A stretch of 64,000 bases of DNA. It comes from Paraspadella gotoi. Its lineage: Eukaryota; Animalia; Chaetognatha. Below, one piece after another: positions 48,851-60,900 of this stretch (the stretch's first letter is position 1; each line of letters opens with the position of its first letter). Made by a program: the position numbers and the translations under genes. Where the stretch lies: assembly GCA_051294375.1 (NCBI GenBank), contig CM119263.1:22718833-22782832 (forward strand), read 5' to 3'. Below the pieces are notes generated by a model. The model saw nothing but the letters and a program-made list of their open reading frames with translations. It did not search any database and was not told where the DNA came from.

Positions 48851-51800
48851 TCACTCCAAAATTTCAAGTTCCGGACTGGAATTCAACATTGCGTGAGCCT
48901 TGGAATCTTTGGTTACGAAAATCGTGACGCCAGATCGATACATGGCGGGTATTTCCACGTGGGTGGTGGTGGTAGTGGCCACGACGGCAGCTGCACACGG
49001 GCACGAGCACGGGCACGGCCACGAAGGCGAGACTGCCGGGTTCGCCGCCCCTCCGCAAAACTTAACGGTGTGAAAATGCTCCCTCATGACGTTGACAACT
49101 TGGCCGAGAACGTTCATGATTCGCCACCGCCGCCGATCCTCCTCGGAAGCGTCGTCTGGCCCGCGCAGGAGCGGCGACAAATCTGTCGATGAGTTCCACC
49201 GCTTTATCACGTCCTTGGAACGAACCAGCAGAGTACGATCACTGGTCAACTGGGACAAGATGGTTTCGAAAGAGACGATTTCCAGAGGATTGGTGAGATA
49301 CACACCTACCGAAAAATTAATTATTTAGGTAAACGGTCAAAACAATAAGAATAAAAATTTAAATATTTAACCTTTAGCATCTACTCCATACACCATTTGA
49401 TGATGCCAGGCATCAGGCACTTGACACCCGAAAGGCACGCCTTTTTGAAGATTTAAAGTCATGGCAGGAACGGCGCCCTCTCTCATCCAGGATTCCAACC
49501 AGGCGGCCAAATTCACGCGGCGAGCGGGAAAAAAAGGGAAAAAACGTCCCACGACCGAACCGCCGGAGAGAGAAGTCACGCCCCGGATAATGTCGTCCGC
49601 CGATGAACCTGAAGAATTTTCGTTCTATAGATATCTAACTGGGTAAGACGTGCTCAACAAGACATTTACCGGCCACAGATCTTGAAAAGAGATATTTCGG
49701 CAGCGGCGACGCTTCTCGACGCTTGTTCACGGGAATAGCTTCGTTGATGGCCGTTTTTGAAACGGATATGTCAAAATATCTCAAAATATTGAGAACCGCA
49801 GTCGGGCCACAAGCCGAAATTCCTATCTGCTTCACCTGCAAAATAATAAGAGAAAACAATGAAATAAACCGTGTAATAAACAAAAATAAATAGTGTATTA
49901 AACAGTAGAGTGGAGCACTTGGGAACATAAATTTTATTTGAGTGAACAAACAAAGATATTTAGATTAAAGAGTACAAAAAATATTTTGTTTATATTGTTT
50001 GGGGAACAGTATCATTAATTATATTATATTTATAGTAATATCCTTAGAAAATAATAAATTTTCAAAATAATTTATTTACAATTTTTATTAAAGATTCTGA
50101 TTCTTCATAAAAAGTTAGATCTAAAATATAAAACATGTTATTCAAAATTGTAATGCCTTCAGTATCAAAAATAGAAAAAAATATTAAAATATCCCACTTT
50201 TTTACGCTCTGTAGTAAAAACTATTATATGATGAAACGTTTTAGTTATTTTTCGCAGCTTTAACCTAAAAATATCATGTAACATATTTTACAAAAGTTTT
50301 TCAGTTTTTTCTAGCGAATCTAAAATAGTTTTTAAAATTGAAAAAATATGATTTTGAAATTTTATGATTTTAATAGGATATTACTATAAAGAAAATTCAA
50401 TAAATGATACTGTTATGCAAAATTTATTGAAAAAGGACTCAATTTTTTTTTATTACATATACAAAGGCAGCAAAAAAACATTGTTTTATCGCTCAATTTT
50501 TTCATCACTCCACCCTATTAAACAGTGTAATTGATGAGCGGTAATTATTGTATATTATTGTAGGATTATATGAGTCAGAGATGAAATGTTACAGTTGATT
50601 ACCTGCAAAACGTATGCTTCATATTCCGTCCAGAGCATCACCTTCGGAAAGCCAACGCTTTTATCGATCTCAGGGAATCCTGAAAAATATAATTCCGATA
50701 TAAATCAGGCAATCAACTTATCAACATAATTACAAATTTACAAAATCAAATAGGCTTAATTAGTTAAATCGAAACACAAAAAAACTTCTAAGCAGTATCA
50801 CAAATCGTGTTAAAAATAACTCACCCTTTAAAATTTTTTCTTTGGTTTCAAAAGCGCTTGCGGAAGAGGCGAAGTGCGAGATGAAATTTTTCATCGTTTG
50901 CGTGACGTCTTCGTAAATATGCTCTTCGGAATAACTTCGCCGTTTTAAGGGCAATAGCGAATCGGCTCTAATTAATAATAAAATTTTCATGTTAGATTCC
51001 AAGCCCATTAAACAATTTGTAAACAAAGTATTTACCGTCCGGGTTTTTGATCCTCTCCAAACTTAAAGGCGTCGAGGTCGAGCTGCTCCGCACAAGGGCT
51101 GACCAAATTTTCTTCGAGATTGTCGTCGACGTAAGAATCACTGGGCCACTCGAGTCCTGGCGCCAACTTGGAATCCGCGCCGCCGGCGGCCCCTTCTTCC
51201 CGAACGTTGAGGGACAGATTGTGCGTGGCCGTCGACGGTGATCCTGGAAATAAAACTTCCACATAGTCGTTAAAGTCGTCGTCCTGATGGCCGGCTTCGA
51301 ACCCGTCAGTTTCGCCGTCAAAGTTACGATCCCATCCACCGGCGTTGAGGTCATTGCCCGGGGCGTCGCCGGACCGAAAGTCTTCGTCGTCGCTGAAATA
51401 AGTCGGGTCGTCGGCCGGCATCCACCGCCCATCGGCGTCGCGTCTCTCGTCCTCAGATTTTTCGCCATCTCGCCAGTTCCCTTCTCGCCGCTCCGTCTCC
51501 GCTTCGCTCTGAACCCAGACGATGCGTGTGGCCATGTTCACCGGCGCCGCGGGGACCTTTTCGGGCGCCGGGGGAACTTCGAGAGGCGGCGGAAGCGGCG
51601 CCTCGTCAGAGACGAGCAAAAAGTATTCGTCGTCGGAGGCGACGAATCGAGTGGCGCTCGTCGGGGTACTCGCACGGGCACCAAAGTTGCTCCAGCCCTC
51701 GTGATAGTTCTCCGGCAAAGGAGACGGGGACGTCAAAACGGAATGATCGGCGTCGAATGAGTCGAGGTCGGAAGATTTCGCGCGTCGTCGGGAGTCAGAT

Positions 51801-52700
51801 TCGCTCGACGCGAAAACCTCGTCCTCAGTTTCCAAGTCATTAAGAACAAAAGCGGCGGATGGAGGGCCGCGCGGCGACGCGACCCGACGACGAGGCGAAG
51901 GCGTCCGACTCGATCGCCTCGCCGTCGATGAAGGAAGTTGAGCGGCACAGTCTCGATCCCCGTCGCGTCTCTCCGACGAACGAGCGACAGGAGCGGGTTG
52001 GAGGTTCGGCGACGTCCCGGGCACGCTGAGGAAATCCGATGCGACCCCAGAGTTACCGATGGCCGACTGCCTTCGAGGATTTTCTTCCTCATCGAACTCT
52101 GAGCTGTCTCCGTCCTCAAGGTTCTCGTTGCTTCGACGGAAGAATTCGTAGTCGCTGATGACGAATCCTCGTCCGCCTTCACGCCGCTCAAAGTCGGTAT
52201 CGATGAAGTCGCCGCCCGTGTCCGTCTCTACGGAGCAGCGGAGGGAAGACTCTAGGCCTTCCAGAGCGGGTCCGCTGCTGTTGAAGCTCGACGCGGCGCT
52301 GCTCGTCTCCGGCCCCGCGTCAAAACAGCCACGAAGAATCCCGTCGTCTAAGGGCTCGCCGTTTTCGAAGTCATCGTCGGCGACATCGCGGGACGCCACC
52401 TCAACATCTTCAGCGGGATCTGTAGATACCGAGTTTTCCGTTGTAATTGGAACATCTCCGTTTGTGGAAGACGTGGTTACCTCGTCTGTGTAAAAGGATT
52501 ACAGGTTGCCAAATAGGGTTAACTTTCAGATATGAGAAAAGATGAACTAGTAAAAAAACGATACCATTGAGTGTGAGATGAGAGTATTCTTGGGAGTGAG
52601 GATTAAAGTACTGCTCCATATCGTCCAGAGGGTTCGGTTCTTGTCCAACGTTGACCGGGTCGACGTTCATTCCGCCGACAGTCTCCCTCGAATCCGTCAT
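48851..52700 (-). CDS. Uncharacterised 887-aa protein: long acidic disordered N-terminus plus C-terminal putative papain-like (peptidase C39-like) domain
   Basis: Exons 52565-52700, 51036-52485, 50825-50967, 50603-50679, 49670-49835, 49372-49608, 48851-49305 join with GT-AG sites in frame (2664 nt). Motifs KQIGISACGPTAVLNIL, PDAWHHQMVYGV, VYLTNP. Confidence 0.8.
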
Positions 52701-53461
52701 TTCGTCAATCTGATCTCGCCGCTTGAACGAAGCCGATATATCGTTCTTTATCAAGCATTTCACGATGCAAGCTTTGTCAATTTTTTCAGGTTCATCTCGA
52801 AAAAAAAAAATCCGGAAGGCGTTAATTAACTCGCATGCTTCTGAAAAGGGAGCAATGGAAAGAACTGCGCACTTACAATCTCAAGAGAACGGCATTAACC
52901 TTGTACCCCGACTGAACGCTTTTTCGAAGCCAAACAATTTAAGCCACAATAATAAACAACAATAAACTACGACAATAGACGGTCACGGGATCGAGGAAGG
53001 AGCATGGTGGGAGGATCCCCGCAGCACAGTTAGAAGCACTGCGAGAGAACAACCACGACGGAAAGCCACGACAAGATGACTCACGACACGAGCTCTTCGC
53101 TTCTTCGATTCGCTCGCCAGATGACGCGGCCTCTTTTGACTTTTGTTTTCTCAAAGCCGAAATAAATGCAATTTGAATTGAGATGAAAGATGAATGATGA
53201 TTGATGAATGAATTGATGAATGGTTTCAAAATAAGATACAATCTAATGTCATTGAAATTAGCCTAACTTATATAAAATAATTTCTTCTTTTTCTTTAATT
53301 TTGATACTGATAGTGTTCATCTAATTTTGATTCATTTCAAATACTCGAAAGATGTTTCTCTTTCGAAGGGAATCTTGACGAGAATTCCGATGAACGTAAA
53401 AATGTAAATTGTCAGAGGAAACTATGTGACAATATAATATTTGATTCTCTCATACACACTC

Positions 53462-53552
53462 TGTTTTTTTGTTGTTTTTTTTGTTTTTTTTTTTTTTGCT
53501 TTTTCTCCTTCCTTCCTTCCGTTCTTTCTTTCTTTCTTCTTTCTTTCTTTCT

Positions 53553-53589
<37 letters not shown>

Positions 53590-53600
53590 TTCTTTTCTTT

Positions 53601-53640
<40 letters not shown>
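53462..53640. repeat. Compound T/(TTTC)n/(CT)n microsatellite between divergent genes
   Basis: Read directly. Similar simple repeats at 4763-4800, 5520-5610, 6945-7050, 57348-57400 and 57904-57940. Confidence 0.9.
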
Positions 53641-54105
53641 TATTCCCTTTTACGTTACTTTCTTTTAATTTGGCCTGGAGCTGGAGCATTATAGTATAAT
53701 TTATAGTATAATTTATACAATCTCGCTAATTTAATCCTTCCATAAACGCAGGTTTTTACGCCTGCTCAGAATGAATGAAACCAGACGCATCCGTTATCTG
53801 AGTTGTTCCAATAAAGGTCTGGAATTTTTTTTTCTCTTTCCGAACGAAAAATTCGGTTTTAAACAATGGAGGTAGATTTATTCACACAAGTAAAAAATGG
53901 ATAGTTCTTGGCAATCTTTTTCATCAGTTATAAGCACGAAAGAGTTCAAACTAACTTCACAACTAAATAATTATAGGTCAGAAATTTTGTTAATGACGGG
54001 GGACTTTTTTTCAATTTTTAGTTAAATTTCATTATTTTGTGCAACAGAGAGTCATCAAAATATATCACCGTCGCCATTATTACAAAAAAACCAACTTCGT
54101 TCGAA

Positions 54106-55434
54106 ATGCTCACCACCAATTACGCTGAACCCCGACAAACCCCGGCCATCGTTCCTATCCTCAATGCACCGCGCGCGTGTAACACTGGAGTAATCGGCCG
54201 TCTACACCTTTCGCGCGATATAAGAAGTCCCACAGTCGAACGTGAGCTTGAAAATGGTTCGGATGTCCAAGAATCTAAACCATCACTTCGGTCCGACGTT
54301 AGGCGATATACATTTTTTCGCGAGCCATTAATTAAACAGGCTCGGCTGGAAAGAGAAGCGTCCAAGTGGAAAAACGAGGCGGAGATTCGCGAACTTCGGA
54401 TGCAAAACTTGGCAAGAGAGAAAGACGTCATCATCGAGCGACTCCGGAATCAAATGGCAGTGTTTGAGTCTGAACGATTGAAACTTCGAAGAGACAAACA
54501 AGACCTTCAAAAACTCCTTAAAAACACTGAGGAAAAGTTTTACCGATTTAAAGAAAACTTTTGCCGCTCCGAACCGTTCCGCGCGAGAGTTCGAGCTGAC
54601 GAAATGGAGAAGCGTTTGACGCGAGCCGAAGACAACGAAAAAAAGCTATCCAAAACTCTGGAGAACGTTTCTAAGCAACGAGACCAAAAGCAGGTCGAGC
54701 TCGAACTCGTTTGCCACCGGATGAAGTTCGAGCTGGAGAAAAAGCTACAAGTCGTCCACGAGGAGCTTCGCAGCGCCGAGGGAGAACGCGAGAAACTCAA
54801 CGAAGACAAACTTCGTCTCGAGGAGAAAATCGCGCGTCAAGATCGAAGGCGGGAAATGGACACGGACGCCGAAGAGCGGTGGCGTCAATCCGTCGAGGTC
54901 GTCGCCTCGGAAAACAAAATTCTTAAGATTAAAGTGGCGCAACTGGAAAAAGAGAACCTTGAGTTGGAGGAAGAAATAGACGAGATACAAGACTCCTACC
55001 GGATCGACCACGCCGACGAGTTTCGTCAGCTACAGCAAGATTTTGAGTCGACTTCCAAGAATTGCCGCGCGCTGCATTATAAACTGCGCCGTGTCGACGC
55101 TGAACGTAGGACGGCAGAGTCTGAAAACGAGGACCTTCGCGAAAAGTTGGACCATGCGTCGAAGCAGCTTGAAGATTCTGGCGCCAAGCTGGCGTCGATT
55201 CACTCGACCGAGGCGGATTTGTGCAAAGCTAGATCCAAGGCGACAAACTTGACCAAAGAGATAGAAGAGCTGCACGATGTTCAAGAAGAGTATGAGATAA
55301 TGAATCAAAAGCTGCAAGAGGATCTTTCTCGTGCTCTTCTATGCGCCAAAAAGGCAGAACAGCAGAGAGACGAATTACAGTGTGAACTCGACAGCCTTAA
55401 AGGCATGACGGAATGCGGTGACGTCGTTGAATAA
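54106..55434 (+). CDS. Intronless coiled-coil protein with a SOGA/MTCL-like motif (442 aa)
   Basis: First ATG at 54106 after an acceptor-like ttttgtgcaacag (ends 54047). Continuous heptads. EEEIDEIQDSYRIDHADEFRQLQQDFESTSKNCRALHYKLRR resembles the SOGA-family motif [38 protein letters not shown]. Confidence 0.7.
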   Translation: MLTTNYAEPRQTPAIVPILNAPRACNTGVIGRLHLSRDIRSPTVERELENGSDVQESKPSLRSDVRRYTFFREPLIKQARLEREASKWKNEAEIRELRMQNLAREKDVIIERLRNQMAVFESERLKLRRDKQDLQKLLKNTEEKFYRFKENFCRSEPFRARVRADEMEKRLTRAEDNEKKLSKTLENVSKQRDQKQVELELVCHRMKFELEKKLQVVHEELRSAEGEREKLNEDKLRLEEKIARQDRRREMDTDAEERWRQSVEVVASENKILKIKVAQLEKENLELEEEIDEIQDSYRIDHADEFRQLQQDFESTSKNCRALHYKLRRVDAERRTAESENEDLREKLDHASKQLEDSGAKLASIHSTEADLCKARSKATNLTKEIEELHDVQEEYEIMNQKLQEDLSRALLCAKKAEQQRDELQCELDSLKGMTECGDVVE

Positions 55435-56661
55435 TTTTTACTACCCTTTCCTACACTATTTGACGTTAATAAAAGTTGTGGCAAAGGCATTTTTACTTAT
55501 AATGGGACATGTTATTCATCATGTCTCTTCATGTCAATAATCGACAACTCTTGGCATAAATCAGATATTCACTAAACGGATGTTTAAATTCTTATCAGAA
55601 AAAAATCGAGAGGGGATGACTTCCAGACTTCGTATTTTTTCCTCTTAACATACGTCAAGTTTGTTTTGTAAAATAATAAAAACAACCCAAACTGCAAAGA
55701 TAACTATTAATAAAAATAATTTATAAATCATGATGATTAGAATTAAAAGTTTAAAAATGAATAATGTTGTGTTAACAAGCCTTTTTATGACATGTTTATA
55801 ATTCCTCTTTTTTTCAGCATAGAATCCAAATGAAGATTCTTGAGATGCTTCCGTTAAACTTATCGATCCAAGATTATCTGTGATTATCTGTAATTCAACA
55901 ATCCACATTCTTATGCTACATTAGAAAGACAGATCACGTTAAAAGTTTTACGCGACAGCGATGGTATATTATGTCACCATTCAACATAAATTTACAGACA
56001 TAACCGAGACATAAATGACATAAATTCTAAACTTTTTTAACTATCCAAAGATCGAGGCGACTTTCGATCTTCGGTTCTGTCATCATTCGGGACAGTATGT
56101 AAACAGAATTGAGATTTTTTCAAATGTTTACAAAAAAATCATTTTTCTTGATCTCGAATGTTCCGACGTTGGCACCCATCCCCGTCTTTTTTTTTTATCG
56201 TCGTCGTCATCGTCGTCGCATTCCAAGGAAGAACATCATCTCTTTCACCGAGCGCCCAAATTTACGTAAAACGAAAATAGTAGCGTAATTTTTTTTTCCC
56301 CTGGCCTCATTTCTATTCGGGCTTTTCGTCGACGCGGGAGGCAAGGACACGAATTAGGGAACGCTACTGAGCAGCTTCAACACTCGAAGTGAGCATTGAT
56401 TTACCAACGATGCCTTTTTTCTTATTTTTTAAATATCATATATATGTTGAATAATGCATAATATTTAATATAATTAAACAATTAAACATTAAAAGAGGAA
56501 TTTTTTTTGATAATAATAATTCAAAATATACGTAGTTTCGAAGGATTCGAAATTACTTCAAAACAACTTCAAAATCAAAATTATTATGATATTATAATCA
56601 ATAAAATAATAAAATTAAGTAACAATATTTTATCATCAGATACCATCTTCAACGTCGAAAA

Positions 56662-57899
56662 ATGTCTGGAATCATCCAGCAGACAGTTTTAAGAAGATCG
56701 GAAATTAGCTCGGATGGAGTCGGCCACGGACACATTCCTGGATGCAGTCAAAAGCACCATGTTCACGTCAACTCAAATAAAGTTCATCTGGTAAGTGAAT
56801 TTAGGAAAATACCGTCGTTATTTTTATAATTTTATTATCAACATTTTTTTATTGTTCGACCACGGCGTCCCTTCCGCGTATAAATCATATAATTTCTTCG
56901 TAGATGTTATAGTTAATCCCAATTCAAGTTTTGACGTTTTCTCCAATTCATGCTCGCTGTTTTCAAAACTGTTCCTCTACAAGAGAACATGAGATGAATA
57001 TGAGAGAGGGGAATCGGAGGTTGTGGTGGTGGAGGAGAGGCGATGCGAATCCAACCTGAATCGCATCATTTTCTAAATGACGACGTAGCTTTTGTGCAAA
57101 ATCATTTGAAGACTAAGTGATTTGAGAATGTGATATGAGGAAGTAAATTGGCTTGGATCCCAATGAAAAGGCTTTTGTGAATCGGGAACGATAATCGAGC
57201 CGTTCAACGACGGAGTCAAAAGGGAGATTCCCCGAATGGCCTCGTAAAAAAGTCCGATAAAACCGGCGAGAATAATGTTGAATTTAAGAAAAATTGTGAA
57301 CAATTTATTTGTAAATCAAACACTCTAAATAATCTAACATTGAACAGTCTCTCTCTTTCTCTCTCTTTCTCTCTCTCTCTCTCTCCCTCTCCTCTTTCCT
57401 CCAGCCTCAATTTGATCGCGTTTTTTCGAAGATAAAAAAAAAGAAAAAAATTTTCTTCTTGGCGTGGGATTATTGGGAAGTCGGGATTTAGTAGCGCTCG
57501 TCCTTACGACGGGATAAAGGAGGTTGAAATCCCATTTCACGCGAAGAGGGATGATGAAGGCGATGATCGTCGATCCCTCCGCGGAGCCGAACGTCGGCGA
57601 TAACGATGAAGAATGAGGCCAGCGATGATGGCGAAGTCGACGACGATATAGACGAAAGGAAGGTGTGCGTGGGCACCTCCGTTACTTGATGTTAATGTTT
57701 GATAATGATCTTTATTTCGAACTATTTTGGGTTGTTTGTTGACAAGTTCAATTAATCATTTACTTACTAATTGCTAGTTCAAAGCCATATGCGAGAGAAA
57801 AAACTGGCTGCTTAACCTTCTGCCTCTCGCAATCTGCATTCTGTACGCTCAGGCGCGATGCGCTAGAGGTCGATCGGGAGAGAGAACCCATCATCGAGT

Positions 57900-57946
<47 letters not shown>

Positions 57947-60900
57947 TGATCACTTTGGCGAAAGACTCGGGATTCAGATCTTGCTAACATCCCGGCCAGA
58001 GGCGCGCGCGGGCCCTACACCAAAAGAGAAAAGCTGTTGCACGCCACTTTTTCTGGCAGAAGAAATCCACCCGGCTGCAAATAATCTCTTGAAACTGTCG
58101 CTCGACGAACGGCGTTGGTCCAACGGCAAGATTCTCGCGCTATTCCATTTTTTTGTTGTTGTTGTCATCCTTGCATCATCGCGTAGCCGGGTAAAGTTAA
58201 AAACCATCTTCCACTCCACGAACAGATAAATCATCGAACCGTAATCTCCTTTCCACCCCCCAAACTTCAGCATTCGTTCATTTGGATTAATTTTAAAAAA
58301 AAGAACGAAAATTTAAAAAAAAAATTAGAAAAGCGATTTCGCCGAATATTGAAAAAAAAAAAATCGAGCCGCGCATTGTACTTTTTCGGATGGGCGTTTA
58401 TTTAACACTATTTTCAAAACGTTCAAATCAATACTAGAATAATAATATTTGTTTAAAAAAATGGCGGGTGGAGAAATATTGGAAGAAATGGAGAGGAATA
58501 TCGAACGAATGAGCGTTTGCGGCGACAAGACGGTTTCGTTCACGATCAACGAGGAATCCACTAACGCCAACCTGTCAGGTGCGGCGAGAGTAAGAGACGC
58601 GCGACGACGCGAAAAAAGAAAAGAAAAAAAAGGAACTGGCGAGGATTTGGAAAGAGGAATACAAATCGAAATAATTTTCTAATCTACTCTACTAGTCCTA
58701 CATAGTTCAACTAATCTGGTTTTTCAGATATCTATCTTTTGAGATAAAGATCCCTTAATATAATTAATATAACAGTTAAAGAAATTACTTGCAGAATCTT
58801 CTGTATTTTGCTATTAAAATAAAAAAACTGAATCGTTTTCTTAGCAAAATCAAAGAAAATCATACGCAGAAGCTATGAGATGGGGGCCAACGCTATCGGA
58901 TTGAAGCAGTTATATGAAGTAGGGCTGATTTCGAAGTTTGTCGTGTTTTTGTGAATAGACTTCGGCTATTGCTGTTTCTTACTCTTTTTTTCACCGACCC
59001 TCGTTAACTTTCAAGTTACAAAGATTATGTTTTTTAAATTAATGCATGATGATGCTTTACTTATTGACATTTTCTTCATTATGTATAGTTTTTAAAAAAT
59101 GATAAATATTTTTTTTCCAGGGTCGCATCATCGAGTTGGAGGAGGAGCTTCAGTTGGAGAAAGAAGCTCGAATGCGGGTGAGATTCCTAATTATCAAATA
59201 AAAACCAAAAAAACTAAAGAACGCATTTTAAAGAATTATTTTACTATAAATAAACTAATCTAGCTTGAATTTTTTTATTTTGTTTGACATGTTTGAAAAT
59301 TTTCAAGTGTCATTGAAAGTTTTAAACTAAAACGAGATTATTTTTTTAACGATTTAGGTGGAAAGAGAGAGGGCGGATTGTGAATTTCAATTAGCCGAGC
59401 TGCAAGAGCGACTCGAGGAAGCCGGTGGAGTTACGGCCGTACAGGTAAGAGAAGAAAGTCCTCAGTGACAGTGTCATGCCGTAATATCAATTAAACTGAT
59501 AGACGGATGTAAGATTTAAAATTAATTACTTCTTTTGCGTTTATGAAAACGGCAATGCACGCATGAACGCCTTAATCGCTTTTTACTAAAGCTGAAAACC
59601 GCTTTTACTGGGAAATAATTCATATTCATCATTTGGACCGTTAAGTCTTCAGAGATAAAAGATTCATCTTGCTAACGCGATACTTTTCTGCTTTTGGTTA
59701 TTATTATAAATTTAGCTCGAGGTAAGTTAAAAAAAATTTGGCTGACTTTGCAGCACTCGGAATAGCGGTAAAAAATTCTGTGTATAAGTAGAAAACTGAA
59801 GTTATAGTGTTACGTGTCCGTACTACCAAAATAAAATGGAGTCAACTTTTTTAATAATATTACTGTATATTAAAGCGTAGTGAAAGTTGCAGATCAAAAT
59901 TCGGATAGTTGTTCATGAACAGTCTTGTACTAAAAAACATTGATATATATAAAAAAATTAACAATTTTCCATACGCCCATATTTATACATAATACATACT
60001 TCTAATTCAAAATTTAAAAAAAAAAATTTTTAGTTTTGAAAGCAGATTCGAATTCCTCATAAAAAGTTGATAAAAGAAAATATAAGTTTTAATCGAAAAT
60101 TCTTTCATTAAGTTAGCTAAAAATTAAAAAAAACTATATTCTTTATATTAAAATTAAATTATAGGTTAACTATAACAGTTTTTTAGGATTTTGACCCACT
60201 TAATGAAATAATTTTCTAAAAAGAGATATATTTCCTTTCATCAACTTTTCGTGACGAATTCGAATCTGCTTTTAAAAATAGGAAAAAACCATTTTAAAAT
60301 TTTAATATTTTCTATGGTGAATACTGTGTATAAATATGAGCGTATGCGAAAATTGAAAAAGAAAAAATATTTTTTATTTAAAAATGTTCACAGGTACTAT
60401 CTAGGAAAAAAGTTAGAAACATTTTTTTTTAAAAGTTCATTTATTCAATAAAAAATATACAAAACATGGGTAAAACATTCTCAATATTTGGTATGCCCTC
60501 CCTCGGCATCGACCACTGCCTGCATTCGTCTGGGCATGCTCTCGTAAAGCTGACACACCAAATGTTTTTGATTTGTTGTATCGCCGTAAAAAATTTGCAA
60601 TGGTGGAACGAGGGATTCCAAGTCTATTTCTGATGAATTGTTGCGTCTTTCCCTCTTTTCTCAGAGCTACAATTGCACCTTTATGAACCAAAGAGAGGGG
60701 CTGTCTATTCGGCATAACCAAATTTAAAAAAATGAAAAAAATAACTAACTCAATTTGAAATAGAAACAAATAACTCAATACCAAGAATTGTGGAAAACTA
60801 AAGGCGATTTTTTCCGTCATTTTTCACTTGAGGTAGCAATCTTATTTTGCCTCTAACTTCTATACGGTTGGATCTACGAAAAAATGGAAGGAAGCAACTG

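Noticed and set aside
48573-51036. Coding fusion of the upstream gene's exons to RPS6KC1 through the 48602 acceptor
   Set aside because: An in-frame TAA lies between the acceptor and the ATG, and the ATG matches the expected RPS6KC1 N-terminus.
53441-53699. Phe/Leu/Ser-rich or Lys/Glu/Arg-rich ORFs (also 5338-5700, 6837-7079, 57216-57410)
   Set aside because: Translations of microsatellites.
57606-57662. Third alternative first exon of the paramyosin-like gene (MKNEASDDGEVDDDIDERK)
   Set aside because: Phase-compatible, but the donor is weak (GTGTGC) and there is no other support.
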